DNA of 64,000 nucleotides. Source: an uncultured Chloroflexia bacterium (GTDB taxonomy: Bacteria; Chloroflexota; Limnocylindria; Limnocylindrales; CSP1-4). Positions 44,804 to 52,087 of this stretch are shown here, piece after piece (within the stretch, counting starts at the first letter, position 1; the number at the start of each line of letters is the position of its first letter). The stretch lies in assembly GCA_963813705.1 (NCBI GenBank), contig CAWFAH010000011.1, positions 326,341 through 390,340 of the forward strand, in the 5' to 3' direction. The translations under genes were made by a program, and so were the position numbers. The notes below the pieces were generated by a model. The model had not been told where the DNA came from. It saw only the letters and a program-made list of their open reading frames with translations, and ran no database searches.

Positions 44804-45399
44804 AGGACGGGCTCCATCCGCATCGCGTTCGACTCGACGAGGGTGTAGCTCGTGGTGCCCAGCCCGATGAACGAGCCGAGCGGGGTGAACGGGGTGTAGG
44901 CGTACGTGATCTTGACTCCGATCGTGTCGACCCCGCCCGAACCCGAGCAGCCGCCCTGGACGTTGCAGCGGCTCGTCTCGGGGTAGCCGGCGGCGCCGCT
45001 CAGCGTGTACGGGACCGTGAGCGTCGTGCTATCCGGGAGGGTGCACGTCTTCGAGCCGGAGCGGACGTACGTGTTGACCTTGCCGGTGAGGGGGTTGCCG
45101 GTCTTGCCCGCCTGGTAGATGTCGACCTGGGTGATCCGGGTCGTGCTGGCCGGCGCGCCGATCCCCTGCTCGACCTTGTTGAGGATCACGCAGTCGGACC
45201 CGACGGCATTGCCGGCCTCGGCCGCAATGAGCGATCCGTCACGGCTCGCGAAGTTGATGCTGAGCATCGCGTTGAACACCAGCCCGAACTCGATCATCCC
45301 CATGAGGAGGACGAAGAAGATCGGGAAGACCAAGGCGAACTCGACCAGGGTCTGTCCCCGATCGGTTGGCCGGTGCTTCGCGCGGAACAAGGTCTTCAC
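44800..45399 (-). CDS. TadE-like pseudopilin protein 1
   Basis: GTG start. KHRPTDRGQTLVEFALVFPIFFVLLMGMIEFGLVFN carries the TadE family signature. Confidence 0.75.
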   Translation of the reverse strand: MKTLFRAKHRPTDRGQTLVEFALVFPIFFVLLMGMIEFGLVFNAMLSINFASRDGSLIAAEAGNAVGSDCVILNKVEQGIGAPASTTRITQVDIYQAGKTGNPLTGKVNTYVRSGSKTCTLPDSTTLTVPYTLSGAAGYPETSRCNVQGGCSGSGGVDTIGVKITYAYTPFTPLGSFIGLGTTSYTLVESNAMRMEPVL

Positions 45400-45471
45400 T
45401 GCGGCGCGCTCTTCCCATCTCGTGGCTGTCCGAGCGAGACGACCCCGGTTGCGGGGCGGTGCCGTGGACAG

Positions 45472-45512
45472 TTCCTAGCCTAGGAAGCAGGACCTTTCGC
45501 GCCGCATTACGA
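45472..45512 (-). promoter_or_regulatory. Copy C of the conserved upstream element (GTAATG-22 nt-TAGGCT)
   Basis: Minus strand: CTTTCGTAATGCGGCGCGAAAGGTCCTGCTTCCTAGGCTAGGAAC. About 75 nt upstream of the TadE-like 1 start, directly after the kinase terminator hairpin. Confidence 0.45.
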
Positions 45513-45537
45513 AAGTGCGCGACTGCACAGCCCGATC

Positions 45538-45557
45538 GTCCGGGGGCAGCCCCGGAC
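45538..45557. terminator. Hairpin GTCCGGGG-GCAG-CCCCGGAC 6 nt downstream of the kinase stop
   Basis: 8-bp stem and 4-nt loop, read directly from the sequence. Confidence 0.5.
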
Positions 45558-45562
45558 CTTCG

Positions 45563-47782
45563 TCAGGCCGGCTGGTCGGAGCGCTCGGCCGGAACGGTGA
45601 AGCGGAACCCGGCGCCGCCCCTCGGGGCGGGCACGTAGCGGATCGAGCCGCCCATCGCGCGGACCAGGCCGCGGGCCACGTCGAGCCCGAGCCCGGTGCC
45701 CTCGAGGCCCTCGCTCGTCGAGCCGCGCTCGAACCGGCGAAAGACTCGGGCCCGCTCGTCCGGGGCGATCCCGGGACCCTCGTCCCAGACCGTGATGGCG
45801 ATCCGTTCCTCGCCGTCGTCCGGCTCGAGGACGACGCCGATCGCGCCGCTGGGCGCGTACTTGATGGCGTTGTCGAGGAGCATCCAGGCGACCTGCTCGA
45901 GGGCGGCTCGGTCGGCGACCGCGACCATCCCGTCGGTCCGATCGTCGAGCGCGAACGGACGGCTCGAGCGGAGCGATGTCCAGACTCGCTGGATGATCGG
46001 CCCCGGGGCGATCGGCTCCTCCTCGACCCGCAGGGTCCCCGACTCGAGCCGTGACAGGGTCAGCAGCTGGCCGACCAGGCGGGCCAGGCGGTCGGCCTCG
46101 GAGCGGATCACCCGCGCGCCCTCGCGCGCGTGATCATCCGTGCGTTCCGCCGTGGCGAGCTCGTCGGCGACGACCACGATGTTGGTCAGCGGAGCCTGGA
46201 GGTTGTGGCTGACGCCGCGGAGGAAGTCCCCTTGGAGCCGAGCCAGCCGGCCGAGCCGGTCGACCCGGTCGAGGGTCCGGGCGTGGACGGTCGCGTCGTC
46301 GGCGGCGGCACGGAGCAGGCGAGCGTAGACGTCGAGGAGCGCCTGGTCCGCCTCGGACCACTCGTGCCCGGCTGGCAGGTGGCCGACGAGACGGAGGTCA
46401 CGCGGGCCGGCCGGGCTTCCGGCACCGACGGGGCCGAGCGCCGCGACGATCGTTCGACCGGGCGGCGTCGCTCCGGCGGCTGGAGCGGGTGTCGCCGCGT
46501 CCGCCGCGTCGGGCCCATCCGGCGCCGGAGAATGAGCCGCCGTCGCCGGCCAGCGGGCGACGACGACCCCACCCTCGTCCTCGAGCGACGCGTCGACGAG
46601 CTCGAAGATCCGGGCCGCGGCGCGCACCCCGTCGGCCTCGACCCGGGCAACTCCGAGGTCCGGCGCCAGGTCGCCCGCGGCCGCGATCGCCTCGCGCAGG
46701 ACCCGGTCCCGGCGGGCCAGGGTTGCGGCCATCCGGTCCAGCGCGGTCGCCAGCCGGCCGATCTCGTCGCGGTCGTCGCCCGGCAGGCGGACATCGAGGT
46801 CGCCCGCCGCCATGGCGCTGAGACCGCCCTCGATCGCATCGAGGCTCAGGCGGAGGCGGCGGCCGAGGAGGATCGCCAGGAGCGCCGCGGCGAGCACCGC
46901 CAGCGCCAGGCCCGCGCCGAGCAGCGGCACGAGCCGGCTGCCGACGGTCTGGACGCCGGCGACGCGCATCGTCGCGACGAACCAGCCCGCAGGCTGGCCG
47001 TCGATCGCGTGGAGCGCCATCGCCCCGCCGACCAGGCCCGCCCGGATCTCGGGAGCCCCGTCCGTGCCGTCCACCGGGACGCCCGGCACGAAGGTCATCG
47101 CGGCGGTCTGGTCGCTGGCGACGCGCAGCGTGCGCGATCGGTCGAAGATGGCCCCGTCGAAGCCGGTGACCTGGCGGGCGTCAACCACGAACGCTGGGTC
47201 GAGCCGCCGGGCGAAGGCGAGCCCGACCGGCCCGTCGCCCGCCACCAGGACGCCCGGTCCGGACCGGCCGGTCAGGTCGACGGACTGGACATCGATCAGG
47301 TAGACCCCATCGCCGAGGTCCGCGTAGATGGGGCCGGACGCGGGTCCGGGCGGCCGGGCCAGGGCCACGACGCCGAGACGGGCGAGCTCCGTTGCGGCCG
47401 CCGACGGTCCGCCGGAGACCGTGCGGTCCCCGACGAGGAGGACGACCACGTCAGCCTCGCCCTGATCGACCTGGAACTGGATCACGTCGCGCCGGATCGA
47501 CTCGAGGTCGTACTTGGCGATCTCGTCCTGGAGGACCGGCCAGGTCACGTAGCTGTCGACCGTCTTGCGGAGGTCCGAGTTGTCGCGATCGAGGACGGCC
47601 TCGACGCCGCGGACGGCCGTGCGCGCCTGCGCGAGCGCCTCCTCGCCGACGACGTCCTCGACGGAGCGCAGCGCGGCGAACCCGAAGACGGCGAGCGGGA
47701 TCACCGCGACGAGCAGGAGGACGACGATGACCTGACGGCGATAGGTGACGCCCCGGGCGCCCCAGCGCGGACCCGTGGGCAC
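45563..47782 (-). CDS. Membrane sensor histidine kinase (TM, large periplasmic region, TM, HAMP, linker, HisKA, HATPase_c)
   Basis: TM VIVVLLLVAVIPLAVFGFAAL and LVPLLGAGLALAVLAAALLAILLG. HAMP LSLDAIEGGLSAMAAGDLDVRLPGDDRDEIGRLATALDRM. H-box VSHNLQAPLTNI. N-box LLDNAIKYAPSG. G-boxes DEGPGIAP and GTGLGLDVA. GTG start 9 nt after the RR stop. Confidence 0.9.
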   Translation of the reverse strand: MPTGPRWGARGVTYRRQVIVVLLLVAVIPLAVFGFAALRSVEDVVGEEALAQARTAVRGVEAVLDRDNSDLRKTVDSYVTWPVLQDEIAKYDLESIRRDVIQFQVDQGEADVVVLLVGDRTVSGGPSAAATELARLGVVALARPPGPASGPIYADLGDGVYLIDVQSVDLTGRSGPGVLVAGDGPVGLAFARRLDPAFVVDARQVTGFDGAIFDRSRTLRVASDQTAAMTFVPGVPVDGTDGAPEIRAGLVGGAMALHAIDGQPAGWFVATMRVAGVQTVGSRLVPLLGAGLALAVLAAALLAILLGRRLRLSLDAIEGGLSAMAAGDLDVRLPGDDRDEIGRLATALDRMAATLARRDRVLREAIAAAGDLAPDLGVARVEADGVRAAARIFELVDASLEDEGGVVVARWPATAAHSPAPDGPDAADAATPAPAAGATPPGRTIVAALGPVGAGSPAGPRDLRLVGHLPAGHEWSEADQALLDVYARLLRAAADDATVHARTLDRVDRLGRLARLQGDFLRGVSHNLQAPLTNIVVVADELATAERTDDHAREGARVIRSEADRLARLVGQLLTLSRLESGTLRVEEEPIAPGPIIQRVWTSLRSSRPFALDDRTDGMVAVADRAALEQVAWMLLDNAIKYAPSGAIGVVLEPDDGEERIAITVWDEGPGIAPDERARVFRRFERGSTSEGLEGTGLGLDVARGLVRAMGGSIRYVPAPRGGAGFRFTVPAERSDQPA

Positions 47783-47791
47783 GAGGCCTCG

Positions 47792-48484
47792 TCAGCCGGC
47801 GGCGACCAACCGGTAGCCCCCGCTCCGGTCGGTCAGGAGATGTCTCGGATCGTCCGGGTCGACCTCGATCTTGCGCCGGAGCCGGCGGATCGCGACCCAC
47901 ACGTACGCCGGATCGGCGCCGTCGGCGTCGCTCCACACCCGGGCCAGCAGCTGCTCGGTCGTGATGGTCGTGCCGAGGTTCGCCGCAAGAGTCGCCAGCA
48001 GTCGCGTCTCGGTCGGCGACAGCCCGATCGTCCGACCGGCGACGATCGCCTCGCGGCGGCGGAGGGCGAGCGACAGGTCGGGGCCGAGATCGAGCAGCTC
48101 GCTCGGGATCCGCTCGTTCAGGCGGCGCAGGACCCGGTGGACGCGGGCGACCAGCTCGGGGTAGTCGAACGGCTTAGTGACGTAGTCCTCGGCGTAGTGC
48201 TCGATGAGCTCCGTCTTCGAGCGCGACGTCGCGACCGCCGAGAGGACCACGATCGGGATGTCGGCACGCCGCTTGATCCCGGCCGCGACCTCCTCCCCGG
48301 ACACGCCAGGCATCATCAGGTCGAGCAGGACCAGGTCCGGCCACGCGTCGTCCACGGCCGCCAGGGCATCCGGGCCGGAGCCGGCAATCGTGACGTCGAA
48401 CCCGTCGCGACGCAGCCGGGCGCCGAGGAACTGGGTCAGCTGCGCGTCGTCGTCGACGAGCAGGAGGCGGTGACGCTGGGTCAT
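47792..48484 (-). CDS. OmpR/PhoB-family response regulator
   Basis: MTQRHRLLLVDDDAQLTQFLGARLRRDGFDV...LVLLDLMMPGVSGEEV. Winged-helix LSPTETRLLATLAANLGTTITTEQLLARVW...VWVAIRRLRRKIE...GYRLV. The ATG at 48484 overlaps the upstream stop (ATGA). Confidence 0.9.
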   Translation of the reverse strand: MTQRHRLLLVDDDAQLTQFLGARLRRDGFDVTIAGSGPDALAAVDDAWPDLVLLDLMMPGVSGEEVAAGIKRRADIPIVVLSAVATSRSKTELIEHYAEDYVTKPFDYPELVARVHRVLRRLNERIPSELLDLGPDLSLALRRREAIVAGRTIGLSPTETRLLATLAANLGTTITTEQLLARVWSDADGADPAYVWVAIRRLRRKIEVDPDDPRHLLTDRSGGYRLVAAG

Positions 48485-49194
48485 GGCCGGAGGCCGTCGT
48501 CTCCGCTTCCGCCGCCGGAGGTGGTCCCGTCCAACGAGCCACCGGTCGGCGTCCCGCCGGTCGTGGAGCCGCCGGTGACCGTCCCGCCGGTCAGGCTGCC
48601 GCCGGTCCCGCTGATCCCGCCGGTCGCGGTTCCGGTGCCCGCGCTGCCGCCGTCGACCGGCTGGCTGGCAATCGTCGTGGACACGGCATGCGGTGGATCG
48701 GGCCGGCGAAGGATCACCGGCCGGCTCGTGGGCTTCGGATCGGCCGTCCCGGCCTGACCGCCCTCGGCCGCGACGACGACCGGCGCAGGACTCGCGATCG
48801 GCCGCGGCGCGGGGACGTCGTCGGCCTCGCTCGTCGGCGCGAACCGGACGAGCAGGCTGGTCGGCGGCCCGCCGGTGCTGACGCGGACCCACACCGTCAG
48901 CCGGGCGCCGATGAACACGGTCCAGGTCCCGGCGTGACCGCTCTCCCGATAGCCGGCCCGGAGGAGCTGGCTGGCATACGCCCCGATCGTCGCGTCGGGC
49001 GACAGGTCGGAGTCGTAGCTGAAGAAGCTCCCCGGCCCGTCGAAGCCGGGCCCGGTCGACCCCAGCTCCAGGGTGGCCAGACGCGGCTGCGGGAGGCCGG
49101 CGAGGTCGGCCGGCTCGCCGACGCCGCCGAACGGCGTCGGCGTCGGCGTCGGTCCGCCGGGGTTGCAGGCGGCCAGAACGACCGTCGCCAGCAC
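48481..49194 (-). CDS. Putative lipoprotein with C-terminal xxTGG pentapeptide repeats; true start probably upstream of the annotated GTG
   Basis: Lipobox VVLAAC sits right at the ORF start. The in-frame upstream codons read LNSINPAHRLGLSILAV-LATVVLAAC, which would be an ideal signal peptide, but no ATG/GTG/TTG is available. There is a CTG at 49242 with AAGGG 7 nt upstream. The C-terminus is GTGTATGGISGTGGSLTGGTVTGGSTTGGTPTGGSLDG. Confidence 0.65.
   Translation of the reverse strand: MLATVVLAACNPGGPTPTPTPFGGVGEPADLAGLPQPRLATLELGSTGPGFDGPGSFFSYDSDLSPDATIGAYASQLLRAGYRESGHAGTWTVFIGARLTVWVRVSTGGPPTSLLVRFAPTSEADDVPAPRPIASPAPVVVAAEGGQAGTADPKPTSRPVILRRPDPPHAVSTTIASQPVDGGSAGTGTATGGISGTGGSLTGGTVTGGSTTGGTPTGGSLDGTTSGGGSGDDGLRP
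48484..48655. repeat. 15-bp periodic repeat encoding about six xxTGG pentapeptides
   Basis: On the plus strand the octamer ccgccggt recurs about every 15 nt between roughly 48550 and 48640. Confidence 0.6.
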
Positions 49195-49393
49195 GGCGAG
49201 GATCGACAGGCCGAGGCGGTGCGCGGGATTGATCGAGTTCAGTCGAGTGCCCTTCAGATCGGTCGCCGGTCGGTGGTCCTTTCCGTCGACCTGACAATCC
49301 TAGCGTCCCGGGACCGGCCAGCCCATCCCAAACCGTCGTCCTGGTCGCGGATGGCCCGAAAGGCGTGGCCCAGACGCACCGCGCGGCGACGCG

Positions 49394-50383
49394 TCACCCG
49401 AGCCGGAGCGCGGGGAGCACCTCGCGCCCGAACACGTCGATGAACTCGGCCTGATTGCGGCCGACGTTGTGGAGGTGGATCTCGTCGAAGCCCATGTCGA
49501 CGAAGTGCTGGATCTGGCTCGTGTGCCACTCGAGGTCCGAGCTGATCTGGCAGCGGTTCGTGAAGTCCTCGGGCCGGACGAGCCGGGCCATCGCCGCGAA
49601 GTCCTCGGGGTTCTTGATGTCCTGCTTCGGGAAGGGCATCCCGCCGTTCGGCCACTCGCTGAGCGCGTTGTCCATGGCCTGCTGCTCGGTGGGCGCCCAG
49701 CTGATGTGGATCTGGAGCAGCTTGGGCATCTGCGCCGGGTCCTTGCCGGCCTCGCGGGCCCCTTCGGCGAACCGATCCCAGAGCAGCCCGATCTTCTCGT
49801 CGGCGGCCCCGACCGTAATGATCCCGTCGGCCTGCCGTCCGGTGCGCTTCGCGTTGACCGGGCCGGCGGTCGCGACGTAGACCTTGACCGGCGTATCCGG
49901 GCGCGTGTAGAGCTTCGCGCTCTCGAGCGTGAAGTGCTCGCCGCGGTGACGGACGACCGACCCGCCGAACAGCTTGTTGATGATGTCGATCGCCTCGAAC
50001 AGCATCGAGCTGCGGACGCCGATCTCGGGCCAGACGCCGCCGATCACGTGCTCGTTGAGCGCCTCGCCGGCGCCGAGGCCGAGCCAGAAGCGACCCGGGT
50101 ACATGGCCCCGAGGGTGGCCGCCGCGTGGGCGATCACGGCCGGGTGGTAGCGGAACCCGGGGCAGGTCACGGCGGTCCCGAACGGCAGCGACGTGCGCTC
50201 GCCGAGCGCGCCCATGAAGCTCCAGGCGAACGCGCTCTGGCCCTGCTGCGGGGTCCATGGGTGGAAGTGCTCCGAGACCATGAACCCGGCACCGAAACCG
50301 GCCGCCTCGGCCCGGGCGCAGTAGTCGAGCAGGTCCGTCGGGTGGAACTGCTCGAGCATCGCGGCGTAGCCGATCTTCGACAT
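49394..50383 (-). CDS. LLM-class F420-dependent oxidoreductase (F420-dependent glucose-6-phosphate dehydrogenase family)
   Basis: MSKIGYAAMLEQFHPTDLLDYCARAEAAGFGAGFMVSEHFHPWTPQQGQSAFAWSFMGALG...LGLGAGEALNEHV is highly characteristic of the FGD/TIGR03557 group. Confidence 0.85.
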   Translation of the reverse strand: MSKIGYAAMLEQFHPTDLLDYCARAEAAGFGAGFMVSEHFHPWTPQQGQSAFAWSFMGALGERTSLPFGTAVTCPGFRYHPAVIAHAAATLGAMYPGRFWLGLGAGEALNEHVIGGVWPEIGVRSSMLFEAIDIINKLFGGSVVRHRGEHFTLESAKLYTRPDTPVKVYVATAGPVNAKRTGRQADGIITVGAADEKIGLLWDRFAEGAREAGKDPAQMPKLLQIHISWAPTEQQAMDNALSEWPNGGMPFPKQDIKNPEDFAAMARLVRPEDFTNRCQISSDLEWHTSQIQHFVDMGFDEIHLHNVGRNQAEFIDVFGREVLPALRLG

Positions 50384-50576
50384 CAGATGGGCTCCTGCTG
50401 ATCGGCGACGGTGGCCGGCCGGCTCATCCTAATCGAGGGCCGCCGACGTGACATCCGCCACTCCGGGGTACGGACGACGCGACCGGATCGCGACCTTCGA
50501 CCCTGCGCGAGCGGCCGCGTCCGCAAGGTATCCTTCTGGCGCTACTCCGAACCCCCAGACCCCACAGGTGATGCCC

Positions 50577-51743
50577 ATGAAGGTCGGCGTCGCCAGGGAG
50601 ACCGCGGCCGGCGAACGGCGCGTCGCCCTGGTACCCGAAGCGCTCGGCAAGCTGACGGCTGCCGGGCTCGAGATCCTCGTCGAAACGGGCGCCGGCGACG
50701 GCGCCGCGATTCCCGACGCGGCCTATGCCGAGGCCGGCGCGTCGGTCGTCGCGGCCGACCGGCTGTACGCCGACGCGGACGTCGTCCTGCGCGTGCAGCG
50801 TCCGGCGGAGGCCGAGGTCGGCCGGCTCCGGTCGGGCCAGGTGCTGATCGGCTTCCTGTCGCCGCTGATCGATCCGCAGCTTGCGGCCGCCCTTGCCGCG
50901 CGCGGCGTCACGGCCATCAGCCTCGACGCGCTGCCGCGCACCCTGTCGCGGGCCCAGTCGATGGACGCCCTGAGCTCGCAGGCCAACGTCGGCGGCTACA
51001 AGGCGGTGCTCCTGGCGGCGAACGCCTACGGTCGCTACTTCCCGCTCCTGACCACGGCGGCCGGGACGGCCAAGCCGGCCAACGTCCTGATCCTCGGGAT
51101 CGGCGTCGCGGGGCTGCAGGCCATCGGCACCGCTCGCCGGCTGGGGGCCGTCGTCAAGGCATACGACGTGCGCGCCGAGACCAAGGAGCAGGCGGAATCG
51201 CTCGGTGCCACGTTCATCGTCCTGAAGTCGGTCGCCGACGCCTCCGGGGAAGGCGGCTACGCGCGCCAGCTCACGCCGGAGGAGCAGGCCGCCCAGCAGG
51301 CCGAGCTCAACGGCCACATCGCCACGATGGACGTCGTGATCACCACCGCCCAGGTGCCCGGTCGCCGGCCGCCGCTGCTCGTGACGGCCGCCGCGGTCGC
51401 GGGGATGAAGTCCGGCTCGGTGATCGTCGACATGGCGGCCTCGGCGCTCGGCGGCAACGTCGAGCAGTCGAAGGTCGGCGAGACGACGGTCACCGGCAAC
51501 GGCGTCACCATCATCGCCCCGGACAACCTGCCGGCGACGATGCCGGCCGGCGCCTCGGCGTTCTACGCCCGGAACATCTCGGCGCTCCTGCTCAACTTCG
51601 TCAAGGACGGCGGGCTCAACCTCGACTTCGAGGAGGAGATCACGGCCGCGACGGTCATCACCCACGGCGGCCAGGTCGTCCAGGCGGCGACGAAGAAGCT
51701 GCTCGAACCCGCCGCCCCGGCCACCGGAGGTGTCCCCGCATGA
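50577..51743 (+). CDS. pntAA: NAD(P) transhydrogenase subunit alpha part 1
   Basis: MKVGVARETAAGERRVALVPEALGKL...VLILGIGVAGLQAIGTARRLGAVV (Rossmann). AGGTG lies 6 nt before the ATG at 50577. The longer ORF from 50448 is not supported. Confidence 0.9.
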   Translation: MKVGVARETAAGERRVALVPEALGKLTAAGLEILVETGAGDGAAIPDAAYAEAGASVVAADRLYADADVVLRVQRPAEAEVGRLRSGQVLIGFLSPLIDPQLAAALAARGVTAISLDALPRTLSRAQSMDALSSQANVGGYKAVLLAANAYGRYFPLLTTAAGTAKPANVLILGIGVAGLQAIGTARRLGAVVKAYDVRAETKEQAESLGATFIVLKSVADASGEGGYARQLTPEEQAAQQAELNGHIATMDVVITTAQVPGRRPPLLVTAAAVAGMKSGSVIVDMAASALGGNVEQSKVGETTVTGNGVTIIAPDNLPATMPAGASAFYARNISALLLNFVKDGGLNLDFEEEITAATVITHGGQVVQAATKKLLEPAAPATGGVPA

Positions 51744-52072
51744 GCCCGGAGCTGCTCAACTCGCTGGCGATCTTCGTCCTGGCGATCCTCGTCGGGTTCG
51801 AGGTCATCAGCAAGGTCCCGGCGACGCTCCACACCCCGCTGATGTCGGGCGCGAACTCGATCCACGGGATCGTCCTCGTCGGCGGCATGTTCATCGCCGC
51901 CGAGGCGGACAACCCGTTGAGCTATGTGCTCGCCTTCGTGGCGATGGTCTTCGGGGCGGCCAACGTCGTGGGCGGCTACGTGGTCACCGACCGGATGCTC
52001 CAGATGTTCCGCCGCAAGCCGGTCGCGCCCAAGGCCGAACCCGAGGGCGCCGCGAGCGCCAGCGGATCCTAG
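51740..52072 (+). CDS. pntAB: NAD(P) transhydrogenase subunit alpha part 2 (membrane)
   Basis: ATGA overlap with the pntAA stop. MSPELLNSLAIFVLAILVGFEVISKVPATLHTPLMSGANSIHGIVLVGG. Confidence 0.85.
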   Translation: MSPELLNSLAIFVLAILVGFEVISKVPATLHTPLMSGANSIHGIVLVGGMFIAAEADNPLSYVLAFVAMVFGAANVVGGYVVTDRMLQMFRRKPVAPKAEPEGAASASGS

Positions 52073-52087
52073 GCGAGGAGCGCGACG

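Noticed and set aside
46130-48757. 875-aa plus-strand ORF
   Set aside because: It is antisense to the kinase, RR and lipoprotein genes, which have complete H/N/G boxes and REC/winged-helix motifs.
47792-49297. 501-aa ORF as one gene
   Set aside because: Only the last 230 codons (from the ATG at 48484) form the OmpR-type RR. The upstream part is the wrong frame of the lipoprotein gene (48481..49194).
50411-52072. 553-aa plus-strand ORF, and the long N-terminal extension of ORF 50448..51743
   Set aside because: Only the last 111 codons (pntAB, ATG 51740) are real in the first ORF. For pntAA, the SD-supported ATG at 50577 and the conserved MKVGVARE start argue against the 43-codon extension.
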